Below, piece after piece: positions 32,428 through 40,796 of a stretch of DNA of 52,238 bases. A program made the position numbers and the translations under genes. This stretch comes from a virus (Duplodnaviria; Caudoviricetes): the IMG/VR virus record IMGVR_UViG_3300028025_003938, positions 1 to 52,238 of that record. One strand, 5' to 3'. The stretch's first letter is position 1. Each line of letters opens with the position of its first letter. Below the pieces are notes generated by a model, which saw only the letters and a list, made by a program, of their open reading frames with translations, made no database searches and was not told the origin of the DNA.

Positions 32428-32790
32428 ATGTCAAATATTCAGAGTTTCAAAGTCCCGACAAAACAAGGAATCGGAAGAACCCTTAACGATACCTTGATTC
32501 GCAAGATGGGCTATACCCATTCTTCTATGGTTCGTGGTTGGTCAACCCAGTATTCCGGTTGGACTTCCGAAGAAACAGAAACCGGATTCGTCGTTGGTTA
32601 CGTTCGTGCCCAAGGTATGTGGGGTTCACGAGGTAAGACCGAACAAGAGATCGCTGATCACCAAGACATGATCGTGCGAACAATTGATATCAACATTCAA
32701 AAAATGTTTACCGCTCTCGTCGCTAAAGGTTACGACGCCTCACTCGTTGGTCAAACAATTTTCGTTAACAAAGTGGCGGTGCAGTCATGA
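32428..32790 (+). CDS. Hypothetical protein (island C)
   Basis: AACAGGAGA RBS. Confidence 0.8.
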   Translation: MSNIQSFKVPTKQGIGRTLNDTLIRKMGYTHSSMVRGWSTQYSGWTSEETETGFVVGYVRAQGMWGSRGKTEQEIADHQDMIVRTIDINIQKMFTALVAKGYDASLVGQTIFVNKVAVQS

Positions 32791-33107
32791 TCTCCAGCCA
32801 ACACAATCTTCCGACAACGAAACAATTAGACGCACTACCCACACTTATCGTCGGTCATGTTTGCGATCTCAAAATAGAAGTAGACGAATATCGGTTCTGG
32901 TTGTCTCGCTGCGATACGAGAGACGGTGAACCGTTTGACAATACCGTTTATGTAGAAGAACGCATAGATGGTGTTTGGCTTGCGCTTGATCATTACGACG
33001 GCGACAAAACTATTACCTGCATCGGCAATGAGAAAATGTCTTGGATTACCGGAATGTATTTCCTTGAAGAAAAAAAATTAGCCGACCAGATCATCGGCGA
33101 AAACTAA
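32787..33107 (+). CDS. Hypothetical protein (island C)
   Basis: ATGA coupling. Confidence 0.7.
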   Translation: MISSQHNLPTTKQLDALPTLIVGHVCDLKIEVDEYRFWLSRCDTRDGEPFDNTVYVEERIDGVWLALDHYDGDKTITCIGNEKMSWITGMYFLEEKKLADQIIGEN

Positions 33108-33151
33108 AAATGAATACTTCAACCAACAACAAACAAACAACAGGAGAGAAC

Positions 33152-33730
33152 ATGGAAACGAAAGTATCAGTACGAGGAATGGTTAGGGATATCGTCCTTG
33201 ACTTTGAAAAAGCAAACACCGGAATAGAAGTACCTCAAGTCTGGACGAATACCGAAGACCTCAAGTCAGGGCGCAAAGTTTTGGCTGACGCTCAGACAGC
33301 GGAAGAGATGGTTCACTTCTTAACCAAAGTTCGTGAGTGGGCCGTCGTCGCTGCGACGTTCGCCGATCCACGAGCGAAAGCAAACGCCATGTTCTATCTG
33401 ACGGCGATTACCAAAGAGTTCGCCACTATCGCCGGGATTACGATCGAGAATCCACGACGAGTGGTACGAGGTAAAGACATTGACGCCGGAACTTCTACCG
33501 CACCGACGCTACCTTCAGAGATCGTTGACGATCTAGAACCCGGCGACGAAGTCATGGTCGTTCGCCATATCACCCGATGGGGAATGAACAAGTACGAATC
33601 TTTCCCGGCACGAATTAAGGGAAGAGCCGCTAACGGCGACTACTGGTTGACGAGTCTTGAAGACATGTCTAGCCGTGCTTGTCGCAACGACGAAGTGATC
33701 GTTACTAAGCGCATGAAAGTGGGTGCGTAA
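33152..33730 (+). CDS. Hypothetical protein (island C), possible C-terminal SH3/KOW-like fold
   Basis: CAAACAAACAACAGGAGAGAAC-ATG; DLEPGDEVMV. Confidence 0.75.
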   Translation: METKVSVRGMVRDIVLDFEKANTGIEVPQVWTNTEDLKSGRKVLADAQTAEEMVHFLTKVREWAVVAATFADPRAKANAMFYLTAITKEFATIAGITIENPRRVVRGKDIDAGTSTAPTLPSEIVDDLEPGDEVMVVRHITRWGMNKYESFPARIKGRAANGDYWLTSLEDMSSRACRNDEVIVTKRMKVGA

Positions 33731-33924
33731 TGGCGCATCTATATTTAGTTACCGATCCCGCAACCGACGACGTCGTAGATGTAATTTCGTTTTGTTCTGA
33801 CGGGTGCCATCGTTTGTGGTGTTTAGAAAACGAAATGGAATACGCCGGCTGGTTTGGTTGCCAAGAAACGAGCGACTTAGTTTGTGCGTCGTGCTCTACA
33901 CCAATCGGGAATCCGGCGTCTTAA
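33730..33924 (+). CDS. Small Cys-rich protein
   Basis: FCSDGC..CASC; TAATG overlap. Confidence 0.65.
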   Translation: MAHLYLVTDPATDDVVDVISFCSDGCHRLWCLENEMEYAGWFGCQETSDLVCASCSTPIGNPAS

Positions 33925-33971
33925 TCTGCCACACCCCTTAGATACTTTTAATTAACAACAGGAGAAACCAA

Positions 33972-34508
33972 ATGACAACAAAAACTATCGGCGAACTCAG
34001 AACCGATCTCACCACTATCGCTGCGCTAGTTAATCAAGTGGCGATGGACATTGACGACATGAAAAAAATGGATATAGAAGATCTGTTTAAGTCGTCGTTG
34101 TGGTCAGGCGAAATGAAAAAAGTTCTGGCTGTAATCCATAAAGAATTAGAACAACGACTAACTCAGGTAATCCCTAGCGATACGAAAGTCCGTGACTGGA
34201 CCGATAGCGACGGTATCCAGTATCGGTCGGAGTTGAAATGGAAGTCGGTTAGAACCGGTGTTGATCGTGACGAACTCGTCAAAGCCGTACGAGAAACAGT
34301 CAAGACGGTGGACGAGCAGACAGGCGAAATTGTTATGGACCACGAAAGCCTCGTCGCTCTCTTGTCTAAAGCGTTTCGCTTTGAGCCACGCTGGACAGAA
34401 ATAAAAGAACTTGGGATTGATCCCGATCAATACTGCAAAACGAAATACGAAGCAAACGTAATCACCATTACCGGTGCAGACATAGAAGAAATAGGAGAAG
34501 CATTTTAA
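33972..34508 (+). CDS. Hypothetical recombination-module protein
   Basis: AACAGGAGA RBS; VDEQTGEI motif; coupled to the RecT-like gene. Confidence 0.75.
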   Translation: MTTKTIGELRTDLTTIAALVNQVAMDIDDMKKMDIEDLFKSSLWSGEMKKVLAVIHKELEQRLTQVIPSDTKVRDWTDSDGIQYRSELKWKSVRTGVDRDELVKAVRETVKTVDEQTGEIVMDHESLVALLSKAFRFEPRWTEIKELGIDPDQYCKTKYEANVITITGADIEEIGEAF

Positions 34509-35398
34509 TGAACACTCAATCGGTTGCTTTGGCAACGACACAAGACAGCGTTATGTCGTTTGACTTACTTGTTCGGCAAGCCGACATTCTGGCGACGAGC
34601 AAAATTATTCCTCGTGCATATCAGAATCGTTCTACCGATGTGATCGCAGCCGGACTTGCCGGGTTCGCTTTCGGTTGGGACGTCATGACTTCGCTCAGAA
34701 ATTACCACGTAATTGAAGGCACGGCGTCAATGCGACCAGAAGCAATGCTCGGTCTCGTTCGTCGTTGTGGTCACAGCGTCATGCTTGAAGTCGTTGATGC
34801 TCGTATCAACAACGAGAATTGCAGACTCGCACGAGCCGTTGGTGTGCGTCGGGATAACGGCGACAAGCATACGGCAGAGTTCACCACGCTTGATGCGAAG
34901 AAAGCAGGTCTGGCTCATAAGAACAATTGGAAGCAGTACGAAGATTCAATGCTTACTTGGCGAGCCGTTTCGGCGTTGTGTCGTGTTCTGTTTCCTGACG
35001 TCGTTCTCGGTGCCGGATATGTACCGGAAGAATTAGGTGTTCCTGTAAACGAATCCGGTGACGTCGTTGAGACCATCGTTTTTGACGGCTTAACATCGGC
35101 TGCAGCGAAAACCGAATTGCTTGAAGTCTGCGCCGGCGATAAAGAAAAAGCAAAAGCAATTTGGGGTGACCGTGGAAACAAGTCCATCACTCGTGAAGAG
35201 TTAGACGAATTATTTAATGTCGCCTTTGAAATGGAAGACGAAATAATTGTTTATGAAACCAAAGAAGAACCTGCAAAAAACATAGAAGAAGTAATTGAAG
35301 TCGACTCGTTAGAAGACTTCTTCACTAAACCGAATACCAAAAAGTCAATTGAAGAACTAATTAATAAAACAACCACCAACAGTCAACAGGAGAAATAA
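34508..35398 (+). CDS. recT: RecT-like single-strand annealing recombinase
   Basis: IIPRAYQ..G..VIEG..AKKAGL..NWKQY..MLTWRA..R.LFPDV.LG.Y..EEL. Confidence 0.75.
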   Translation: MNTQSVALATTQDSVMSFDLLVRQADILATSKIIPRAYQNRSTDVIAAGLAGFAFGWDVMTSLRNYHVIEGTASMRPEAMLGLVRRCGHSVMLEVVDARINNENCRLARAVGVRRDNGDKHTAEFTTLDAKKAGLAHKNNWKQYEDSMLTWRAVSALCRVLFPDVVLGAGYVPEELGVPVNESGDVVETIVFDGLTSAAAKTELLEVCAGDKEKAKAIWGDRGNKSITREELDELFNVAFEMEDEIIVYETKEEPAKNIEEVIEVDSLEDFFTKPNTKKSIEELINKTTTNSQQEK

Positions 35399-35400
35399 AA

Positions 35401-36390
35401 ATGATTATTCAAGAACAACGTCAGACGACGTTCAGGCGGTTAGGTACGAAAGTCCAAGGCTTAAGTATTCCTGACGCAATGAAAGCCAGCGGCATTGACT
35501 TCCATGTTGGTATTACACCGCTGGTGGTTTCAGTACCAACAATTTACACCGGACCCGACGACGAAGTTATTTCCGAAGCGAAGCCGTTTATCGGTCAGCA
35601 TCTGACGTACCGAGCCGACACGAGAGAACCTCTCGCCACAGTCGGTTCACGTTACGAAGTTATTCAAACGCTAGATGCGATCAGGCTCGTAGAAGAAATG
35701 ACTGCGTGCGGTTGGGAACCTGAGTTCGCTGGTCTCGTCGGTAAAGGCAAAGTCGTTTTCATGGCTGGCAAGTTGGCATTTGATTCTTCTACGCACGAAA
35801 TTGATCCGTATCTTTGTTTCGTTAATTCGTTTGACGGCACGAGTGGTTTGAAGTTTGCGTCTACCCCGTACCGTCCAGCGTGCACCAATCAGATCAAAGC
35901 AATCTTTCGTCGTGGCGCCCATCGCCCGGTAGTGTCCCTCAGACATACTTCAAAGGTTCTTGAACGAGCCGAAGGTATCCGAGAAGCACTTGGACTTAGC
36001 GCCGCTTACTACAAGTTCCTAGACGATTCTGTAGATCGACTTTTGAATATCACGCTTTCAGAAAGCCTCATTAAAGAAGTGCTTGAAGCCGTCGTTCCGA
36101 TTCCGGCAGCACGCAATTCAGAAGTGAGTGAACGAGTGATCGCAAACAAAATGGAAAAGCGATCTTTGATTATGAACAATTTGAATCAGTCGCCGACGTT
36201 AAATGGAATACGCACGACGGCTTGGGGTATCTACAATTCGGTTACCGAGATTGAACAATGGAGTCGGACAACACCAACGACTGTTGCTCAAGCAGAATCT
36301 CAATTAGGTAATCACATTGGCAGCGTACCGATGACAACGGCTGGTGACAGGGCGTTCAGAGTCATGGAAAGATTGTTGGTTCCTGCTTGA
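35401..36390 (+). CDS. DUF932/DUF945 family protein
   Basis: VGSRYEVIQ, NSFDG, R.ACTN, LRHT, TAWG.YN.VTE. Confidence 0.85.
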   Translation: MIIQEQRQTTFRRLGTKVQGLSIPDAMKASGIDFHVGITPLVVSVPTIYTGPDDEVISEAKPFIGQHLTYRADTREPLATVGSRYEVIQTLDAIRLVEEMTACGWEPEFAGLVGKGKVVFMAGKLAFDSSTHEIDPYLCFVNSFDGTSGLKFASTPYRPACTNQIKAIFRRGAHRPVVSLRHTSKVLERAEGIREALGLSAAYYKFLDDSVDRLLNITLSESLIKEVLEAVVPIPAARNSEVSERVIANKMEKRSLIMNNLNQSPTLNGIRTTAWGIYNSVTEIEQWSRTTPTTVAQAESQLGNHIGSVPMTTAGDRAFRVMERLLVPA

Positions 36391-36411
36391 CATAATGTCG
36401 GCAAATAAGAA

Positions 36412-36440
36412 ACGCCGGATCCCCCGACGGGATCCGGCGT
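36412..36440 (+). other. Perfect 12-bp hairpin in the leader of the replication initiator
   Basis: ACGCCGGATCCC-CCGAC-GGGATCCGGCGT. Confidence 0.7.
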
Positions 36441-36463
36441 CCACACCAACAGGAGAGCCAGTG

Positions 36464-37234
36464 ATGAATGAAGACTATCAAAAACTTAGATCAGATACAG
36501 GTCCTTTCAGCATCGTTCCTGAGTGGTTAATCGTCGCACCAATTAGTCATGGAGCCGTCAGGCTTTACGCATTACTTGCACGCTACGCCGACTACACAAC
36601 CGGAGAAGCGTTCCCAAGCAGAACAACGCTTGCGTCACGGCTAAGAATTACCACAGACCCGATAGATCGTTTCATTAAAGAGTTAACGAATATTGGAGCA
36701 CTTGAAGTTGTGAAGCGTCACAACGGTTCTACTTGGCAATCTAATTTGTATATCTTGCGACGGCTTGAACCTAGCCGTACAGACGAGCCTAGTAGCCGTA
36801 TTTCTGAGGCTACCCCTAGCCGCGATATTACGGCTAAGGGTAGCCGTGAAATTAAGGCACTAACGAGAACCATTAAACAAGAACTAATTAAACAAGAACT
36901 CTCTGACATTGAACTTGTTTTTCAAAGATGGTTAATCTCTACGAACAAAGACCCGGCGAGAACTAAACTTGATACGAAGCGACGCAAAGCAATTGAATGG
37001 GCGTTATCAAATTATTCGTTAGACGAAGTTACAGATGCCGTTAACGGTTGGAAGAAGTCGGCGTTTCATTCCGGTGATAATTCGCAGCGCAAGGTATACA
37101 ACGACGTCACCCTGATTCTTCGTAACGCCGAACGCTTAGAGTTCTTTCGTGACTGCGAACGAGGACAGACACAAGAAAAACTTCCGCAAGCGTGGCATAA
37201 ATTAAAAGCGATTATGGAAGAAGACGATGAGTAA
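36464..37234 (+). CDS. Replication initiator (N-terminal winged HTH, lambda O-like)
   Basis: FSIVPEWL..AVRLYALL..AFPSRTTLA..SNLY; internal iterons; followed by a loader-type gene. Confidence 0.82.
   Translation: MNEDYQKLRSDTGPFSIVPEWLIVAPISHGAVRLYALLARYADYTTGEAFPSRTTLASRLRITTDPIDRFIKELTNIGALEVVKRHNGSTWQSNLYILRRLEPSRTDEPSSRISEATPSRDITAKGSREIKALTRTIKQELIKQELSDIELVFQRWLISTNKDPARTKLDTKRRKAIEWALSNYSLDEVTDAVNGWKKSAFHSGDNSQRKVYNDVTLILRNAERLEFFRDCERGQTQEKLPQAWHKLKAIMEEDDE
36772..36900. other. Putative replication origin: four palindromic iterons plus an AT-rich tandem repeat
   Basis: TAGCCG at 36772, 36793, 36817, 36841, each with a downstream (A/C)GGCTA-like half; then ATTAAACAAGAACT twice. Confidence 0.7.
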
Positions 37235-37703
37235 GAACGGCGTAATTAATGTGCTGGCGATTCTCACCGCAGCGTATATGAAAGACTTACCGGATCCGAC
37301 GATCAGACTTTATGTTGAAGCGTTAAAAGACTTAGACGACGATGCTTTAGAAGCAGCAGCCAAAGTCACGATTATCACCAACAAATGGTTTCCCACTATC
37401 GCCGAACTCAGAGAACGAGCGATCCTTAATTCTTTACCCGGTGGTCTTCCACCGACGGCTGAAGAAGCGTGGCAGGAAATAGTCGGGCAAGTCGTATCGG
37501 TTGGCCGTTACGATCAGCCGATCTTCTCGCATCAATTAGTTTCGGATACGTTGCGGAAAGTCGGTGGCTTTTATGAAGTCTGTAACTCAACGAGAATAGA
37601 ACCGCTTAAAGCCGCGTATCTCAAGGCTTACGCAAAAACGATTCATACGCTGGTAATAGAAGCGATCTCAGTTCCGGTCTCGGCGTTAAAGGAATTGAAT
37701 TAA
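37227..37703 (+). CDS. Helicase loader/inhibitor (G39P-like)
   Basis: L.AAY..Y...L.DL..KWFPTIAELR..AEEAW. Confidence 0.75.
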   Translation: MSKNGVINVLAILTAAYMKDLPDPTIRLYVEALKDLDDDALEAAAKVTIITNKWFPTIAELRERAILNSLPGGLPPTAEEAWQEIVGQVVSVGRYDQPIFSHQLVSDTLRKVGGFYEVCNSTRIEPLKAAYLKAYAKTIHTLVIEAISVPVSALKELN

Positions 37704-38239
37704 TGAAACCTCGTAAACCTATTCGCCGGGTATCGGCTAAACGAGCACGAGAGAACGCTCAGCGTCGCCGTATCATCGCCGAAGTGACTTCGCATAGGAA
37801 TATGTGTGAAGCGGGTGCTTTGATCGCCACAGCGGACCAGAAGCATCGCTGTCAAAGAATCGGCGTAGATATCCACGAGCCGTTGACACGAGCACGGGGT
37901 GGCAGCATCACCGATCCGGAAAATATGGTGGTGGTTTGTCGGGCTTGCCATGACTGGATTCACCACAACCCGGCGTCAGCGACGTCTCTCCGACTACTTG
38001 TTCATGCGTACGAGAACAAGTATACTAAGAGTCGTGACTCGTCAATGGATAATAGAAGACAAGACGAAGCCGTGGACGACGAACTCAGAACGAACTTGGC
38101 ACTATCACAAGCGAGCGAAGATAGTCAAGGAAACTCGGGAACGCTGGTTCTATCTAACGAAGCAAGCACAAGTCCCGGTGCTGAATCAGATATCGGTTCT
38201 CGTAATCCCGTTAGCGATCAACAAGAAGTCGAGACCTGA
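37703..38239 (+). CDS. HNH endonuclease with an extended C-terminus
   Basis: C..DIHEPLTRARGG..EN.VVVCRACHDWIH. Confidence 0.82.
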   Translation: MKPRKPIRRVSAKRARENAQRRRIIAEVTSHRNMCEAGALIATADQKHRCQRIGVDIHEPLTRARGGSITDPENMVVVCRACHDWIHHNPASATSLRLLVHAYENKYTKSRDSSMDNRRQDEAVDDELRTNLALSQASEDSQGNSGTLVLSNEASTSPGAESDIGSRNPVSDQQEVET

Positions 38240-38399
38240 CGTCGGTGCGTGTTATCCAACAGTCAAAGCAGCGATAGACGGAATCGTTGACGCCGGCGTA
38301 ATCGCCGACGATGATCCCGATCACTTGCTGTCAATAACTTTTTACCCGGTAGATATCGCTGGCAGAAACGGCTTGCGATTAATCGTGAAAGAAAACTGA
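38034..38399 (+). CDS. rusA: RusA-like Holliday junction resolvase
   Basis: PWTTN..H...R; RPD.GA..P.VKAAIDGIVDAGVIADDD; leaderless TATACT-N7-GTG. Confidence 0.82.
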   Translation: MTRQWIIEDKTKPWTTNSERTWHYHKRAKIVKETRERWFYLTKQAQVPVLNQISVLVIPLAINKKSRPDVGACYPTVKAAIDGIVDAGVIADDDPDHLLSITFYPVDIAGRNGLRLIVKEN

Positions 38400-38743
38400 T
38401 GAGCACTCAAGCCATTACACAAATAGATCTAGAAACTCAGATGCTCAAGATCTGCGACGCAATAGAAACAGAAATTGATTCTCTGAAAAAGTTATCGGAC
38501 CATCGTGCTGAAGCAGAATCCGAATACAAATACAAGCAAGCCCGGTCAATGGTAAACCAAACCACCAAAATACCGATTGCTACTAAAGAAGCCGTGGCTC
38601 ATCTCCATGCTCAAGAAGACTTCCGGTTATGGAAAATACTTGAAGCGAGAGAGAAAGCAACACAACAAGCCTTGATCGGTTTACGGTCAAGATTAGATGC
38701 GTTACGCACAATCTGTGCGAACGTCAGAGCAGCCGGAGGTTGA
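38399..38743 (+). CDS. Coiled-coil hypothetical protein
   Basis: TGATG coupling; LDALRTICANVR. Confidence 0.75.
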   Translation: MSTQAITQIDLETQMLKICDAIETEIDSLKKLSDHRAEAESEYKYKQARSMVNQTTKIPIATKEAVAHLHAQEDFRLWKILEAREKATQQALIGLRSRLDALRTICANVRAAGG

Positions 38744-38744
38744 T

Positions 38745-38948
38745 ATGAGTTCATTAGAACAAGCAAAAGAAATAACAGACAAGATGCGTTGGCACGAAGC
38801 AGAAATTATGCGCATCAATACCGAACGTCGAAAACTTATTCGCAAAGCGTGGAAAGAAGAAGGCGTCGCTCAAGCGAAGATCGCTGTTGCTCTCGGTATT
38901 ACTAACCAAACTATTTGGAACGAGATTCACAAAGCCGATAGCGAATGA
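38745..38948 (+). CDS. Small HTH DNA-binding protein
   Basis: GGAGG RBS; GVAQAKIAVALGITNQTIWNEI. Confidence 0.75.
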   Translation: MSSLEQAKEITDKMRWHEAEIMRINTERRKLIRKAWKEEGVAQAKIAVALGITNQTIWNEIHKADSE

Positions 38949-39133
38949 GAATCCTTAAACCTTGTGGAACGTTTGCGTCGTATCAGCGCGGCTGTAAATG
39001 TTCAGAGTGCCTTAAGGCGGCTGCGGATAGACAGCGCCGTCTCCGAGCGAGGTATTACGCCGACGGTTACGTATTCCGGAAGGGATATTTGCGTCGCCCG
39101 GCGAAGCCCAAAAGCGTAGACCCGGTGGCATAA
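38945..39133 (+). CDS. Small zinc-binding protein
   Basis: PCGT.ASY..GCKCSEC..A. Confidence 0.7.
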   Translation: MRILKPCGTFASYQRGCKCSECLKAAADRQRRLRARYYADGYVFRKGYLRRPAKPKSVDPVA

Positions 39134-39228
39134 CACGAGATCAGGGATATATTTTGGAAAAACTTAAAGAAAGACTGTACAAGTACCCCTTATCTGGGAT
39201 ACGATAATTCTCGTACGCAAGAGCGTAC
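39132..39228 (+). promoter_or_regulatory. Promoter cassette copy D (drives island D)
   Basis: AACACGAGATCAG..ATATTTTGGAAAAACTTAAAGAAAG..TGTACA-N18-TACGAT..GTACGC-AAGA-GCGTAC. Confidence 0.88.
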
Positions 39229-39247
39229 CCAACGAAAGGGAATCATC

Positions 39248-39556
39248 ATGTACGGATACGAAGCCAAAGTCTTGGAGACACTGGCAGCCAACAATATCAC
39301 CCCGAATAATGAGTACGCCGGAGTGCAACTTCTACGACTTGAGTACGACATACGCAATAATCTTGAAGAGATCGTTCGTCGTGCGCAGGAACTAATCAAA
39401 AACATAGATGAAGGTAGAGTCGCCGATACTGCAAACCGGATCGCAGATTCAGCAAGTGCGAGTGGACCCATCAACTCAACGTATGCGAAGGTAATCGCTC
39501 AAGCCGCAGAAATGAACACACTTATCCGCTACGCCACAACTCGTAAGGTGAAGTGA
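39248..39556 (+). CDS. Hypothetical protein (island D)
   Basis: GAAAGGG RBS. Confidence 0.8.
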   Translation: MYGYEAKVLETLAANNITPNNEYAGVQLLRLEYDIRNNLEEIVRRAQELIKNIDEGRVADTANRIADSASASGPINSTYAKVIAQAAEMNTLIRYATTRKVK

Positions 39557-39936
39557 TGAACGTAACAACAGTCGTTATCCCCAAAGCGTTTTACGCCGAT
39601 CACATTAGTCGTGCGAATATCGGCGGCGTAATCGTTAAAGAAACGAAAACGCAATTAACAATTGAAGTTACGCAGTCGGCGTTCCATGACTTGCTAAGCG
39701 ACGCAAAGCACTACGCAGAATCTGGAGTAAGTGTTTACGGCAAAGACTTCGTCGGGATCGTTCGTTCTGCTCAAATAACTTTTGACCGATTGAAGGCTTA
39801 CGAAGAACTTGGCTTACTTTACAAAGAACCAACTTCTCAAAAACAAAAAGTCGTATTGCAGAAAAAACTTATCCGGTACGGAAACTTTATGGACCAGTTC
39901 GGAAACTGGCACAAACTAGAAACGGAAGGTAAGTGA
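39553..39936 (+). CDS. Hypothetical protein (island D)
   Basis: Coupled ORF, 127 aa. Confidence 0.75.
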   Translation: MMNVTTVVIPKAFYADHISRANIGGVIVKETKTQLTIEVTQSAFHDLLSDAKHYAESGVSVYGKDFVGIVRSAQITFDRLKAYEELGLLYKEPTSQKQKVVLQKKLIRYGNFMDQFGNWHKLETEGK

Positions 39937-39937
39937 A

Positions 39938-40213
39938 ATGAAAAGCCTACGAGATCAAGTCTTAGAACTTTGCGACGCAAACGACTGCGAACTTTATACC
40001 CACGCCGGATCGCACTTCATTGTCGCAAGCAAAGTCTTTCACGACGCAAGAACATGGATCACCGATAGCCATAGTCTGACGGCTTACTTTGACAACAATG
40101 TCAACGACGCCTATCGGGACTTACTTGATTACATGAAACAAGGTTTCGTTGATGGCGGTATCGCTTGCCACGACGACTCGTGCGAAACCTGCGAAGCGTT
40201 AGGACGATCATGA
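39938..40213 (+). CDS. Hypothetical protein (island D)
   Basis: C-terminal C...CxxC. Confidence 0.7.
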   Translation: MKSLRDQVLELCDANDCELYTHAGSHFIVASKVFHDARTWITDSHSLTAYFDNNVNDAYRDLLDYMKQGFVDGGIACHDDSCETCEALGRS

Positions 40214-40437
40214 GCAGCATAGAAATACTTGCGGACCGGATCGCCGATCTAGAAGACGAGTTCCATCTTTGCTCATGGGGCGAAGACGACACTCTAGAAA
40301 CAGTTGAAGATATCCGGCAAGACATTTTCAACATAGAAAACAACCGGAACATAGAAGCACTTGACGAACTTCACGCTCGCCTAGATCTTTTAATTCTGGC
40401 CTACAAACAACAAAACGGAACAGGAGAAGAGTCATGA
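40210..40437 (+). CDS. Acidic hypothetical protein (island D)
   Basis: ATGA coupling. Confidence 0.65.
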   Translation: MSSIEILADRIADLEDEFHLCSWGEDDTLETVEDIRQDIFNIENNRNIEALDELHARLDLLILAYKQQNGTGEES

Positions 40438-40796
40438 ACGAAACTCAGATCATGCGTCACTCGCTCAAACAAGTCGGAACATCTAAGTGGTACTTCGTTG
40501 AGAACCATTTAGTATCGGATAAGTCGTGGGCTAAATATACGGTCACCTACTTAGGCAGCACTCGTGGTGCCGACAAGAAAGACATTGTTACTTTCACTAA
40601 GTACGCACAGACCAGCGAGTCTTATTCAACGTACACCGGGAAGCGTCTTCCGAAGTTCGTCGCCGAAGCCGTATGGGCAGACCTGAAAAAAACATTTACT
40701 TGCGAACAGTGTCAGCAGGTATCGCACGAAGTTGAAGACAACCTTTGCGACGAGTGTTTCTTAGGATCGCCGATAGACGAGCAGGTCAGCGCATGA
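40434..40796 (+). CDS. Hypothetical protein with C-terminal Zn ribbon
   Basis: AACAGGAGA RBS; CEQC..CDEC. Confidence 0.75.
   Translation: MNETQIMRHSLKQVGTSKWYFVENHLVSDKSWAKYTVTYLGSTRGADKKDIVTFTKYAQTSESYSTYTGKRLPKFVAEAVWADLKKTFTCEQCQQVSHEVEDNLCDECFLGSPIDEQVSA

Noticed and set aside
6977-39228. CRISPR array or IS ends made of the four repeated cassettes
   Set aside because: The copies are kilobases apart with promoter architecture, and there are no spacers, cas genes or transposase
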